The notes: generated from the letters alone by a model not told the origin. Shown: positions 24,581 through 38,020, counted from the first letter of the stretch. The stretch is 64,000 nucleotides of DNA from Felis catus (GCF_018350175.1 NC_058368.1:95668001-95732000), one strand, 5' to 3'. A program made the numbers and translations.

Positions 24581-24746
24581 ATGAGCAGGGGAGGGGCAGA
24601 GAGAGAGGGAGACACAGAATCTGAAGCAGGCTTCAGGCTCTGAGCTGTCAGCACAGAGCCCTACACGGGATTTGAACCCACACACCGCGAGACCATGGCC
24701 TGAGCCAAAGTCGGACACTCAACCAGCTGAGCCACCCAGGCGCCCC
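24513..24746 (-). mobile_element. CanSINE
   Basis: Full body with (GA)n; TSD TCAGTAATGCTGTTT / TCAGCAGTGCTGTTT. Confidence 0.95.
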
Positions 24747-25146
24747 TCAGCAGTGCTGTTTTATTGTGGATTCTACCTACTCTCTAATCTGTAAATTATA
24801 GACTGTATTTCATATCTGAGTTTTTATCTTTGCTTTTCGAGGAATGCCACGAAATCAAAAGATAGATTCAAGTACTTGTCTATACTATTTGGACCCATAG
24901 AGAGAGCACTATACAATATTCAGTGATGTGCAGCAGTGATCTGGAGACCTTTTGACGATATGAAAAACCAATGGGTACATGATTAACCACAGACTACAAG
25001 CTAAAGTCAGGAAGTGAAACAATACCTTTTGGACCTACATTGAAATGAGAGCCCATCATCTCTATCCTTAAGTGAGAAAATGCAGTTATTTTGAGAATCC
25101 CACTCTCCTCGGTTAAACTGGGGCTGAGTACCCTGTACTTTTTTCT

Positions 25147-25178
<32 letters not shown>

Positions 25179-25188
25179 TATTATTTTT

Positions 25189-25407
25189 TTTTTAATTTTT
25201 TTTTCAACGTTTATTTATTTTTGGGACAGAGAGAGACAGAGCATGAACGGGGGAGGGGCAGAGAGAGAGGGAGACACAGAATCGGAAACAGGCTCCAGGC
25301 TCTGAGCCATCAGCCCAGAGCCTGACGCGGGGCTCGAACTCACAGACCGCGAGATCGTGACCTGGCTGAAGTCGGACGCTTAACCGACTGCGCCACCCAG
25401 GCGCCCC
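25189..25407 (-). mobile_element. Young SINEC_Fc-type CanSINE
   Basis: Nearly identical to 508-721; TSD CATCATTATTATTTTT next to an (ATC)n tract. Confidence 0.97.
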
Positions 25408-25692
25408 CATCATTATTATTTTTAATAGCTGGAGAGACTGAGGATTGAAATGTGATAGAGAAGACTGCTCTGGGTATAGTCTTAGTGATGGGAAAGTTCA
25501 TTGTACTTTCTTAGAGACTCTTAAAACACAAAGAGTAAAACATCTCAAAGGAAAGAAGAACTGATGTAAGAGTGGAGAACGGTTGTTAGGCTAAAGGAAA
25601 AATAGAAAAGTAAGAGGTGCTCTCCTTGGGAGAACGGTGATACAGACACAACTTTTAAAAAGAGTTTGAAATCAAAACTGGCCTTGTTGGAG

Positions 25693-25848
25693 TGGGCACC
25701 TGGGTGGCTCAGTCCCTTGAGCATCCAACTCTTGATCTCGGCTCAGGTCTTGATTTCAGGGTCATGAGTTCAAGCCCTGTTTTGAGATAGGCACTAGGTG
25801 TCAAGCCTGCTTAGAGAGAGAGAAAAAAAGAGAGAAAGAAAGAAAACT
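25693..25848 (+). mobile_element. Older CanSINE, internally shortened
   Basis: GGGCACCTGGGTGGCTCAG..GAGTTCAAGCCCTG. Confidence 0.85.
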
Positions 25849-26067
25849 GGCCTTTTAGGATCTTCTTTTATGATACAGCACCAGTCTGGGACCACATTTG
25901 AGCTGAAAGTTCTTAAGGATCAAACTTTCCTGGGTAAAAAAGCTTCTGTGCTTTCTCATCTTTCATGCGGACATTTTCTGGCTGTTTCATAGCTAATTGG
26001 TGAGGTCTCTGTGATTTGTGCTTATACAATAGTCACTGTCCTGATTCTCCACTGATGCCTGTTGTCT

Positions 26068-26440
26068 GTCACTCTTAGATTGGCTGGTTGTGCTACAGTG
26101 ACAAACAGCTTCCTCAAACCCCAAGCTAAAAATCAAAGTTTGGTGTTTTCTCTTTGGTCTCGCATGGGTCCACTGGGTACTCTCCTCTGTGTGGTCTTTG
26201 CTCTAGGACCCAGGCTCCTGGAATGGCCTTTGTGTGCATCTTCTCCAAAGATGACAGCAAAGGGAAAGAGAGGCAGTGGTGAACTGCATTCTACTTCTTA
26301 AAATAATCCATGTAGAAGAATAATCACTTCCTCTCTTATGTTACTGGCCTCAATTAGTCCTGCCAAAATGCCAAGGAGTTGTGAGGTAATTGTCCTATGC
26401 ACTCAAGAAAACTAGATGTCTTGGGTGGAGAGTATGGTAC
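26068..26440 (-). mobile_element. MLT1 (K/L/M-like) MaLR solo LTR
   Basis: GGCTGGTTGTGCTACAGTGACAAACA..AGGACCCAGGCT..GCAAAGGGAAAGAGAG..ATCACTTCC resembles antisense old MLT1. Confidence 0.65.
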
Positions 26441-26465
26441 AAATACCTATCCATCCACCTACTCC

Positions 26466-26684
26466 TTTTTTTTTTTAATTAAAAAAATTTCTAATGTTTA
26501 TTTTTGAGAGACAGCACGCAAGCATGGGGAGAGGTAAAGAGAGAGGGAGACACGGAATCGGAAGCAGGTTCCAGGCTCCGAGATGTCAGCCCAGAGCCCG
26601 ATGCGGGGCTCGAACTCATGAACTGCGAGATCATGACCTGAACTGAAGTCGGACGCTTAACCGACTGAGCCACCCAGGTGCCCC
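26466..26684 (-). mobile_element. CanSINE
   Basis: Full body; CCACCTACT on both flanks. Confidence 0.95.
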
Positions 26685-26859
26685 TATCCCACCTACTTTT
26701 TACAGGTAAGGCAGTCAGAAATGGTATCAGCCTTTAAAGGGCTGAGTACAAGGTAATGGAAATTCTATGCAAATTATAAACAAGTGGAAACTGGCCAAGT
26801 TAGTGAACTAGGGGCATCTCTAAGAAAGCTTGAGGAGGAAGGTGGTAAAATGAAGACAT

Positions 26860-27030
26860 GAGGCTTAAACACTGGCTCCCCCACCTAATAGCCATATAAC
26901 AATGGACAAGTGAGTTAATCATGCAAATAAGGCAGTTTCCTCATCCATCTAGTATGGTGGTGGATAGTGCTTTCCTCATAGGTATTTTGTGATGCCTACA
27001 CGAGGTACAGTGTACAACGTGCTTAGATAA
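26860..27030 (+). mobile_element. MIR
   Basis: GGACAAGTGAGTTAA..CAGTTTCCTCATCCATC..CCTCATAGGTATTTTGTGA..GTGCTTAG core. Confidence 0.7.
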
Positions 27031-28489
27031 TGTTATTGAACATGAATACGAGAGAGACTCTTGGCTCATATACTTATCTCTGAAGATCTTGGAGACCCTT
27101 GGGAGAAGAAGATGAGGTGAGCTCATCCTTGAAGTGAGGCTGCACTGAATTAGCAAAAAAAAAAAAAAAGGAATTGAAGACAAAGTGAGCCAAGAGTCAG
27201 GGTCTGGGTGCAGCTGGAACGTATCTCAACACGGATGGGACCTGCTTGGTGGGATGGGGAAGACTGTGGAAGGAGCTGCTTTGCGGGCAAGTCAGGAGCC
27301 CCTGGAAGTTCTCAAGCAGAGGATTTCAAAACAGAGGTTGGGAAAATGAGTTGGACGGAATCGTGTGGGATATATTGGAGAAGAAACAACGCAGGGAGGG
27401 AGCTCTTTGTGTAACAAGAGGAAACGGAGATGGAAGGGAGAACAGATCTGTGAGATGATTTGCCTATTAGGGCAACACGGAGTCTAGTTAACCATGGAAA
27501 GCAACGAGAGGAAAAGATAAGGAGAGAAGAGAGAGTCGCGAGGACCAAAATGCCTTGTGTTTTGTGCTTCGCTACCTAAACACAGCCAAGTGTGTTAGAG
27601 CTGAGTGATTACCCTAACTTAATTCCCTGTCCTTAAGTGACATATCACAGTTCTAAATACTACCCAGATGCAGTTTGCCTTTTATATTGATGCTCTACAG
27701 AAAGTCAGAATGAGCCTATGAAATTCTGCATGCTGACTTGTTGGCTCCTTGGAGCAAATGCCAAAGAAGAGGCTGTCAAATAAATACAACAAGAGCTAGG
27801 AAAGAAATAAACATGAGGGCAGCCAAGTAAACCAATCAGCTTGAAGTTAAGAAGCGCCGTGAATTCAGTTGTTAGAAGCAGCAATAATTCCATGGCTGTG
27901 AACACACCAGTGACTGGCTTCGTTGGCAGGCGTTGTAAAGTACAGGCTGCCGCCAGCTGCGGTATTTAAAGCTGCTTTAGATTAGAATGCAGACGTACAA
28001 CATTTAAGGTTCATGGTTCAAACATGGATTCATGGATCACTTTAAAGGCAGCCCAACCTATGAAGTTACAAAATGGCTCTAGACTCAATTACAGATTAAC
28101 CCGAGCTTTAGGAGGTACTGGAAACAGCCCTCCCAAGCAGGGGTTGGAGACAAAACCGGATCAGCCCTTTGCTTCCGGGGAGGTTCCGACATGTTAATCT
28201 TGGGATAGTTAGGGCAAAGGTGAAGAAGATGATTTTCTCCCCCCACGTATCTAAAGGAAGACTAAAGCTCTCCGGTATAAGGATTGCAATGAGCCTGCCA
28301 TTTACTAGAACTCTATGGATTTTTTCAGTGCAGGGAGTAGATTCAGATCTTTCCATATGCCTCCTTTGCCTCTGATGGGGAACCAGTAGGAAGATCTCTA
28401 TTAAGCCCAGCTCCATGGCTGACATGCTTTGGGAACAGTGAACTCTTTTTATTAGTGGATATCAGCATATGTTTCTTGGAAAGGGAGGG

Positions 28490-28490
28490 G

Positions 28491-28536
<46 letters not shown>
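28490..28536. repeat. (GA)n microsatellite
   Basis: Direct inspection. Confidence 0.9.
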
Positions 28537-28539
<3 letters not shown>

Positions 28540-29606
28540 CTTCCTGTGGAAATGGAAAAAAATAACTTTTTTATATGGGGTTGGAGTATATATATCTGAA
28601 TATTCATAAGGCATATGATTTAAAGAGTATCTAAGATTGTCTGAAGCCACCCGCTCTTGAGCTGTTGAATAGTTTGGCTTTTCCTTAGGATTTACTTCTT
28701 TTCGGAAAGCATCCACTTCTAAAGTTTCTGTCTTTCTTGCTCATAAATTCAATTCCGTCGTCTTGATTTAACATCAGAATTTGCTTTGCTCTCTCCTTCT
28801 CTTACTTCGATGCGCTGTCGTCCTAGAACAGAAAATCAGTGATTCTCTCTCATCTTAGGGCCTTTGCGCCATGATGAATTTCTCTTTTAGAAAGAGTCCA
28901 TTCGCTTTCGTTGGCCTGACTCTGTCCAAAATTCTCTGCCCCACCGAAAGGCACGCCAGCATCTGAGCCACCTTCCCCAACAGCTTGCTGCTGCCTTTTG
29001 GGGGCACATATGTCTGATTCAAGCTCTAGTTCCTACATATGTCCATATTTAATGCCCAGAGTCATTGTGATATTTGCCAACCTACTTAAGTCTTAATCAG
29101 TTCGTTTTCTCCATGCGAACGCTCTCTTAAATGCTGTCCTGCTATTTATTTCTTAATGCCTGATATCTTTTGAGCGGCCTAATGTTGTCTGGGCAAACAC
29201 AGAGGTAGCATAGACACACACATCATGTGGACATATACAGAGTGAACAGATAATGTTCTGAAATGATGTAATGTGCAGTTGTGGGCGGGGACGTGAAGGA
29301 GATCCCCGTTATTTTGCTGGGATTGATAGTTTGTGGCTTCTTAGACACAGTTTGGGCAAAAGTGATGTCGCTGCTGTGTCACTTTTTTTTTTTTTTTTTT
29401 AAGATTTGGCTCATTTTCAGTGCTTTCATGTGAGAGCAAAATACTTCTTTCAGTATTTTGTTACTTTTGACATTTTAATGGAAGTTTACTTGGCATACGA
29501 TGTTCAATTAGGTCAGGGGTACAACCCAGTGATTCAACAATTCCGTACATTAGGAATGCTCACCAGGATAAGTATAGTTACCATCTGTCACTGTACAATG
29601 TTATTC

Positions 29607-29839
29607 TTTTTTTTTTTTTTTTTAATTTTCTTTTCAACGTTTTTATTTATTTTTGGGACAGAGAGAGACAGAGCATGAACGGGGGAGGGGCAGAGAGAGA
29701 GGGAGACACAGAATCGGAAACAGGCTCCAGGCTCCGAGCCATCAGCCCAGAGCCCGACGTGGGGCTCGAACTCACGGACCGCGAGATCGTGACCTGGCTG
29801 AAGTCGGATGCTTAACCGACTGTGCCACCCAGGCGCCCC
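29607..29839 (-). mobile_element. Young SINEC_Fc-type CanSINE
   Basis: TSD TGTACAATGTTATTC / TGTACAGTGTTATTC; same diagnostic body as 508-721. Confidence 0.97.
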
Positions 29840-30144
29840 TGTACAGTGTTATTCTAATGTCACTGACTGTATTCATGACACTGTACTTTTCAATCCCCAT
29901 GATTTATGTGTTTAGAACGGGAATTGTATGCATCTTAATCCCTCGTACCTGTATTCCCCATCTTATAACCACCATTTTGTTCTATGTATTTTTGCATCTG
30001 TGTCTGTTCTTTTGTTAATTTGCATTTTAGATTTTATGTACAAGTGAAATCACATAGTATTCATCTTGCTCTGACTTATTTCACTTAGCATAATACCCCT
30101 AGGTCCATCCATTGTTCTTACAAATGGTAAGATCTCATTCTTTT

Positions 30145-30198
30145 AAAAACATTTTTTTTAATGTTTGTTTATTTTGGGGAGAGAGAGGGAGGGAGGGG

Positions 30199-30231
<33 letters not shown>

Positions 30232-30365
30232 GACAGAATCTGAAGCAGGCTTCAGGCTCTGAGCTGTCAGTACAGAGCCCAACATGGGGCTCGAACCCAT
30301 GAGCCATGAGATTCTGACCTGAGCCAAAGTCGGACACTTAACCGACTGAGCCACCCAGGTGCCCC
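30145..30365 (-). mobile_element. CanSINE
   Basis: Perfect 16-bp TSD AAGATCTCATTCTTTT at 30129-30144 and 30366-30381. Confidence 0.97.
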
Positions 30366-33300
30366 AAGATCTCATTCTTTTTATGGCTGAGTAATCCCCC
30401 TTGTGTGTACATACCACATTTTCTTTATCCATTCATCTGTACATGGTCACTTGGGTTGCTGAATTGAAATTCGAAGCCCTGAGGCTTTGCATGTTATCCA
30501 AGAGCTGGAAGGACCCTCACCAGCTGACTTGCTTCACATATTTATGTTGCTTGCCTGGTCTCCAAAGCCATTTTAATCTGACCCTTGCTGTATATATCTG
30601 TGCATTGTCTGGACTTGCCATGTTAAGCCCATGGCAAATACTAGGCCAAAAATGTGAGCGCAGAATGCTGTGTGAAACCACAGTCAGTCCCAGGGAATGA
30701 TCGCCAAGGAGGAAGGCTAGAGGAATGTTTTTCAAGAGGCTGCACCAAGTGACCACTTGCCTAGAATGACCTGGTTCTGTCCTTGGAGTCGCAAGTCCTC
30801 CTATATTTTTTTCTGGCAAATAGAGAGCAGATATATATATTTCATTATATAATCCAGAGTTTAAGAATACAGCATGTAACAGGTTCATCCGGTTATGATA
30901 CGATGAGAGAGAAAACTGTCAAAGGAATTAGAATACCTCATTTACGGGACAGCCCAATGTCTTCCTAGAGATGTTGGGGATGCTGTATCGCATTACAAAT
31001 GCCAATTGCTTTATAATATTCAGTAACTGACATGGCAATTCAAGAACTGGAGATTGATGTGATAGAGTCATCTCTTGACCCACCAAAATTTCCTTTGTTA
31101 TCACCACCTGTACCCACCAAAGGAGGTCTTAAGGTGAGAGTGTAGCAAACAGAAAAACAATACAGTAATGCAGGTGTATTTTGGCTTCAAACGTGCCTGT
31201 ATGTCCCTCTGGGGGAGTCCGTATAAAGTCTCGTTCCTTTGATCTGTGTGTGTGACAGGGATCAGGCACAGTATCTCTTACTTTTCCATTTCTTCTTGAT
31301 CTCTCTGCTCTTCTAAATCATTTCTTATATCCAGGAATTTCACTTTACTTACTTTCCAACATTTTACCCCAGTTGGACCCCATGGGTAAGGGGATTGGAC
31401 ACATTGCTCTGACATCCATCGCTTCTCCAAGAGATGTAACTTGGACAAAGGGAGGAGGTTCAACACCAATTAAGACAGAAAATGCTGAGCATTGATGTTG
31501 CTCTTGTTACTTCTGGCTCCCCAGGGGCCACATTCAGGGTGACTAGAGAGGGTAGCTTTGCAGCACGGTCAGCTCATTTCTCATTTCTTCTTGTTTACTG
31601 TGAAAAAGGTTATTTTATTATAACAGGTAAAACTTCTAAGACACAGATCAAGAATACATAATGCAAGAGTTCTCCGAGGAAGGGTCAGTCATGTGCCTTC
31701 CTTCTTTGCTGTCTCTTCTTTGTGAACAACAGAAGCCTCATCTACGTGAAAATGCCTGGTCATATATTTTGCCCCTGTCAGTGCTGAAGGGGTGGCTGGT
31801 GAGGGGGAAGGGAAGGGGAGGAAGAAGGAGGTAGGGTGCAAAGTGACCTTGCCTCCAAAAGCCTAGTTGAGGGCAGGTCCAACTAGCCTCTCCAGTACCC
31901 ACCTCCCCCTGCCCCTCCCCCCCCCCATAATTATACTTAACCATCTGTCCTTAAGACCCAGCTATTTTCTTTATTATCTCTGACATGTTCTCATCTCTGT
32001 GCTGGCAGAGAGCCCTTTGGCTTGAATGGAGGCCTTTTCTCTTGTACATCCCTGGTCTATCCTGAATACTACCTTGGTCAGTCTATTTCTTCTGCCTGGG
32101 GATGAAAATATACCCTTTAAAATTTGCACAGGGAGGTAGTTGGGCTTCCTGATGTGCACGAAAGGGATTTTATTCACTAGATGTCCCGTGAGGTACAATT
32201 TCAAGATGGCAAGATATGGTTAAATTCACCTCTGCGAGGGCGAAGGCCTAGCAAGAACACTTCACCAGTTTCCACAAAGATCTCATCTGCCATCACGGGG
32301 TCATTCATTGCACATGGCAGTAGGAGGGACACCACCTGCCAGTCCCCCCCACCCCTACCCCCACAAGAGGAGACATCAGTCATCAGCCAAGTGGAGGGGA
32401 AAAAAGAAAATGACCATTTGACATGTTGCACGGATGTTGTATGTCTTTGGAATCTGGATCCTCAATCAAACAGAAGGAATTTGTTTTTTTCTGCTGCATT
32501 CCATTGTTAAAAAACATTTTGCTATTAGCTTTGCTAGAAACGCTTCCCATTTTTAGGCTTCGCAGAAATGTCTGTCTACAAGAAGCAGAGGGCTGGCTGG
32601 AAATACCTGCTTCTGGGCCCCATCTGTCCACGCTTGGCAAGACTGATACTGTATTTCGCTCGTATTTGAGGCTGGTTATCACACATGCAGTAGAAGTGCT
32701 GTAGCATTGGTCTAAGAGCAGAGCTGGCCACCTAGAGATCCATGTCTGTTACTTACGGGGACACTGCTCGTGTATTTTTATTCCTCGTGGTGGTTCTTTT
32801 CTGAGTCTAGGAAGGAGGCCCACTTTCTGAAGTCTATTTAGGGCGGTTAGAATGTGAAATCAGACTCCCCTAAGGAGGAATCAGACATAGCACACAGTGT
32901 GAACCATAAGCCCTACCGCAGGCTTAGACAGAAAAAGATCAAATATCTCTGACATATGGTAGGAGGGATTTTCAGGTCCTGATATTAGAAGGGCTAGCAA
33001 AGGGGGGGGGGGTGGTGGAGGGATGCCCATTGCAGGAGACGGGAGAAAGATGTGGAAAATAGTTTTTGGGTTACAGATCATTGGCCGTATGTGTTTCTGA
33101 GCTTCAAAAGCCTCCTTTGTCAATGCCATTAAAAAAAACACGGTATTTGATTGAGATGCAAAGGAAATGGGAACAGTGGAGTCAGAAATCACATTGGCAA
33201 TTCTGCCGTGCTTCAGAAAGTGGAGAGAAAGTACACCCTGAGGTACATGTAAGTAAAACAAAGATGAGTCAGAAGAATGCATATGGCAGATGCAGTTGTT

Positions 33301-33402
33301 AAGGCTTTACGCTTGGGAGTGTTAGGGTACTGGCTGCAAGTGGACATTATCAACGCTAAGGCCTCTGAGATTTCAATCTGTTTTAATAACCCACAACCTT
33401 CT

Positions 33403-33612
33403 GGGGCACCTGGGTGGCTCAGTCGGTTGACCGTCTGACTCTTGATTTTAGCTCAGGTCATGATCTCACAGTTGGTGAGTTCAAGTCCCACATTGGGCTC
33501 TTCTCTGACAGCACGGAGCCTGCTTGGAATTCTCTCTCTCTCTCTGTCCCTTCCCCACTTGTGTGCTCTCACTCGCTCTCTCTTTCTCTCTCAGATAAAC
33601 ATTAAAAAAAAA
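33403..33612 (+). mobile_element. CanSINE
   Basis: GGGGCACCTGGGTGGCTCAG head, (CT)n, A tail. Confidence 0.95.
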
Positions 33613-33921
33613 TAACCAAACACACAACTTGCACATAATATGTTGTGGTGACTTAGCGGTCCCATAGGTACATTAGAGATTAAAACTGGCAAGAATACTC
33701 AGCATTAGGACAGGGGACCTATAAAGTAGGTTTATTCTATTAAAGTGGCCTTGTAGAATTGTCAAGGAATCTCAAAATTTTTGTCCTCAGATACATCTTG
33801 TAAGAACACAGGCACACATCTTTCATTAGCTTCATGTTTTCTTGCTGTTAACAATTTCTTTCTTGATTGGACGGAGAAGAACAGATAGAGAAAGTAAAAA
33901 TCGAGGAGTTTGTCCAATTTC

Positions 33922-34050
33922 TCTTAAAATTCTCAAGCAGACTCCATGCCGAGCATGGAACCCAATGCGGGGCTTGATCTCATGACCAGTGAGATCATGA
34001 CCTGAGCCACAATCAAGAATCGGCCACTCAACCAACTGAGCTACCCATCT
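33922..34050 (-). mobile_element. CanSINE 5' fragment
   Basis: GGGCTTGATCTCATGACCAGTGAGATCATGACCTGAGCC..AACCAACTGAGC. Confidence 0.85.
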
Positions 34051-34994
34051 CTACACATTAGAGACACTGAGTTTTATCACTAATGTGGAAAATTGTTTTT
34101 TTTAAATAGATGAACATGATTATCAACATAACATATGTTTAAATATTCTGCTTTGATTTATAGGAACTGAGTATTGCAGTACTTATGGTGTTTTGTAATG
34201 ACTTACTTTTCAAAGCAAGGCAAAGCCTTATAATAATAGGTTATGAATCATCTGTCATAATTTTTTAGTGGGCCTCTGATTTATGTTGAGGATAGCAAAG
34301 CAAGTCTTTTCTATTATTTTCAGTTCCCCGGAACCTCTAACAAAACCAAGATTTTCCTTTGGTTCAGTCTACTTGTTCATTATGAGCTTCTATAATGCAT
34401 CTCTGTTATTTTTGCATATTTCTTAGATCCTTTTCTCACCCCAACTCATGTTTTGTTTCACCTAACCTGTCTTTTGTCCCGGGGCCTTCCTGATCTCATG
34501 TCTTCTTTTATGAGAAATCACCCACGTTAGTGACTCGTGGGTCATCTTTCAACTTAACACGACTTCAAGACAGCAGTTGGACAGTTTTCTGCATCTGACC
34601 CATCTAGGGGTTATATCTTGGTATGGTGCTCAAGAGTGCTGTTTGAGAGATTCAGTAGCCAACTGAGCAAAAGCCCTGGCCAGTCAGAATGGAAGAGAAG
34701 CCATCACTGGTGAAGCAGAGTCCTCGAGGTCCCCTCACGTGCCAGGTGTGAGCATTTGAGTTGCTGAATTGATAGCGGCATGTCAAGCTTCCTCAGAGAA
34801 GGTGCAGGCTAACTGGAGTGGGGAGCTCACAGCTACGGCTCTTTTGCAATCTGGACAAAAGGCTTTCATTCTCTAACAGCTGAAATGGCCCTGCATTTCA
34901 GTATGTGCCGGCCATATGTCCCCCTAATGATGTCTTTGCGGAGACTGTTCCTTCCTTGGCTGCTTGCAGAAGGCCATGGGTGGGCCAGCACCTA

Positions 34995-35162
34995 GCTCCT
35001 CCAAGTGTGGCTTGTAAACCCACCGGCGATGTCATTAGCACCATGTAGAGCTCGTTAGCACAACAGAACCTCAGGCTGGAGCGCAGACCTACAGACTCAG
35101 AATCTGCATTCTAACAAGATCCCTGGGTATCTGTGCCCTCACTGAAGGGTGAGAAGCATCGC
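34995..35162. mobile_element. MER5A-family DNA transposon
   Basis: CCAAGTGTGG..CAGAACCTCAGG..CAGACCTAC..TCAGAATCTGCATTCTAACAAGATCCC..TGAGAAGCA. Confidence 0.85.
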
Positions 35163-35204
35163 TTAGCACCTACATCCAGGCTGGCCAGGAGGTGTAGATG
35201 AGTT

Positions 35205-35515
35205 TAGTGGTTCTTAATGCAGACCACAGATTGGAAGCCCCAGGAAGCATTAAAAAAAAAAAACAAAAGAACAAAAAAAAAACCAAAACTGTGACTAGGT
35301 CCTATTCTGTGAGAATCTAATTTCATTTGTCTGGGATGGGGCCCAGGCAATAATTATTATATTTTTATCACAGTAATAATATAATACGATGTAATATAAT
35401 AATATATAAATAACCTATAATATATATGACATATTACAATATATCAATTATTATAAAGCAATCTTTAAAACCTCATTAGGTGATTGTTCTGTGCAGCCTG
35501 GGTTAAGGAAAGGTG
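35205..35515. mobile_element. MER5-family element with internal AT-rich low-complexity expansion
   Basis: AGTGGTTCTTAA..TGTCTGGGATGGGGCCCAGGCA // AGGTGATTGTTCTGTGCAGCCTGGGTTAAG. Confidence 0.75.
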
Positions 35516-36100
35516 CCATCTGTATCTGATGTAACTGGAGCAGGTAGAATTTATTTTTATCTAGGGCAAAAAGGGCAGGACCACACAGAAGGTGTATTTG
35601 AGTTTGCCCCTGGGCTTGAAAATGAACGTTGGCTTCAGGCTACTCTAATACATCTACTATCAGAAAAATTAAGCACCCAGTACACATGACAACTTGGAAT
35701 GGAACTTTTCTTGTATCCATGGTGGTTTTATGCGTAATCTCCTCAACACAGAAAACCAAGATAGCCGGAAAAAGATCTGCTCTTATTTTAGTGAGCCTGA
35801 TGGTATCGGGAGTTAAAATTTGCTCTCATGTACTGGAGAAGTGACCTCCTGTGCGAAACTTGGCTCAAACACCCAGGGCTCCTTCCTGTATTCCTTCTTG
35901 TATTCATTGATTGTTTTCATCTTCATTATATTAAGGAGACTGTCCTCAGTGTCACAAGCAGTATAATAGACAGAAAAGACTTAACGTTGACAGTATAAAG
36001 TTGGGTCTCACGTCTGCTTTCTGCCTCTCTTGGTTTGAAAAGGTGACCATTTTCTTTTCCCTTCAAGATGGAAAATTAGGCCAGGCTCAATATGGCCCAA

Positions 36101-36101
<1 letters not shown>

Positions 36102-36140
<39 letters not shown>
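36102..36140. repeat. (TG)n microsatellite
   Basis: Perfect TG run. Confidence 0.95.
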
Positions 36141-36142
<2 letters not shown>

Positions 36143-36151
36143 TTTAAATTT

Positions 36152-36369
36152 AAAAAAAATTTAATGTTTTTATTTATTTTTGAGACAGAGAGAGACAGAG
36201 CATGAGCAGGGGAGGGGCAGAGAGAGAGGGGGACACAGAATCTGAAGCAGGCTCCAGGCCCCGAGCTGTCAGCACAGAGCCTGACGCGGGGCTCGAACCC
36301 ACGAACTGTGAGATCATGACCTGAGCCAAAGTCAGATGCTTAACCGACTGAGCCACCCAGGCGTCCCTT
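36152..36369 (-). mobile_element. CanSINE inserted in the tail of the adjacent SINE
   Basis: TSD TATTTTAAATTT at 36140-36151 and 36370-36381. Confidence 0.95.
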
Positions 36370-36377
36370 TATTTTAA

Positions 36378-36587
36378 ATTTTTTTAATGCTTATTGTTGA
36401 GAGAAAGAGAGAGAGAAAGAGAGAAGAGAAAGAACATGAGCAGGGTAGGGATAGAAAGAGGTGTGCAGGACCCAAAGTGGGCTCTGAGCTGACAGCAGAA
36501 AGCCGACGTGGGCCTCGAACTCAAGAACTGTGAGATCATGATCGGAGTCAGTCTGACCCCTAAATGACTGAACCATCCAGGCACCCC
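36378..36587 (-). mobile_element. CanSINE
   Basis: Full body ending CCATCCAGGCACCCC. Confidence 0.92.
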
Positions 36588-37266
36588 ATATATATATTTT
36601 TAGTGATGTAAAGGAATTACCCAATAGTAAGAGTCTCATGCTCTATTGAGTGAGCTAGTTGGATGCTAGAGAAATTATTCCATATTAAAAGGCAAATTTT
36701 TAGTACCATACATTTTGTCTAGTTTCCACAGATAACTATCCTCTATTTGCGTTAGGAGGCACCAGGTGACAAGACCCCCTCCTCCAGGCTGTTGGCCACA
36801 CGTTTTACTCAGTGGGTAGAAATGGTGGTGCATTGTCTAGATGTGGAGAGGACAGTGGTGTTTTGGTGATTTTTTTTTTTTTTTGCCAATATCTAGAAAG
36901 GCACCAGCAAATCAACTTAGTAGAAATAACCCTGGAGTCAATGGGCTCTAACCCCGACAAAACTTCTTAGACCTTATAGTCTGTGGTCCTGAAGTCTTAG
37001 ACCCATTATGCATTGTTTTCCCCTGGTGCCCCAATCACTGCGTTTCATTTATTAATGGATGTATTCATTCACTACCCTTGTATTGAGAATACGCTGTATG
37101 GGCTGTACTCTGTGGAACTTTGGAGAGACAAAAAAATGTTTCCTGTTCTCACATTGCTTCAAGCTTGGGGGATTGCTTTTATTATTTTTTCAATCGGGAG
37201 ACCTAGGTTTGGAAACCATTAGCCTAGAATAGATAGCGGGAGCTAAAGGATGAGATAAAGTTACTC

Positions 37267-37314
37267 TTTTTTTTTCTTTATTATTTTTTTAACATTTATT
37301 TATTTTTGAGAGAC

Positions 37315-37345
<31 letters not shown>

Positions 37346-37517
37346 ATGATTGGGGGAGGGGCAGAGAGAGAGAGAGAGAGAGAGACAGAATCCGAAGCAG
37401 TCTCCAGGCTCTGAGCTGTTAGACCAGAACCTGATGTGGGGCTAGAACTCAAGGACACGAGATCATGACCTGAACCAAAGTGGGATGCTTAACCAACTGA
37501 GCCACCCAGGCACCCTG
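37267..37517 (-). mobile_element. CanSINE
   Basis: TSD GAGATAAAGTTACTCT / GAGATGAAGTTACTCT. Confidence 0.95.
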
Positions 37518-37654
37518 GAGATGAAGTTACTCTTAACTCATTTATTTACAAAGTGCTCACAAGGTAGTTGGAGAGCACAGAGTCAGACATAGAAAAAACC
37601 AAAAGCAAAATTTCAGATGAGTTGTATTGTAACTAATCATTTCCAAGTCTCTAT

Positions 37655-37790
37655 TTTATCTGCTAGATTGGGAGCTCCTTGATGGGAAAAAGAATGTCTT
37701 ACTCTTCTGTATTATCACAATTTGTGTTAATTGGTATTAGCACAATTCCTGGTGTCTTTATGCTCATTAAATATTTTGTGGAAATGAATT
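37655..37790 (+). mobile_element. L2 3' end
   Basis: CTAGATTGGGAGCTCCTTGA..TAGCACAATTCCTGG..GCTCATTAAATATTTTGTGGAAATGAAT. Confidence 0.7.
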
Positions 37791-38020
37791 CATGAATAAA
37801 TCTTGAAAGCTTGGATCCTGAATGATTAAAGAAAACTTAATATTATAGTTTTATGTGCTTTTGCATCCACCTACTTTCTAGATAATGAATATAACAGACA
37901 AGTGAGAATACAGGTTTTTACTTCTCCATTGATGAATTAATTCCATCAGTGACAGGATAGATTGTTGTGCCAGAGTCTTTGAGATTACTAATCAGTAGAT
38001 TAAAAATGCCACGAATGTTG

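Larger units (their letters stand above)
29460..30460 (-). mobile_element. LINE-1 3' end (L1MA9 / old carnivore type) split by two SINEs
   Basis: GACTTATTTCACTTAGCATAATACCCCTAGGTCCATCCAT..AAGATCTCATTCTTTTTATGGCTGAGTAAT..CATACCACATTTTCTTTATCCATTCATC. Confidence 0.9.
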
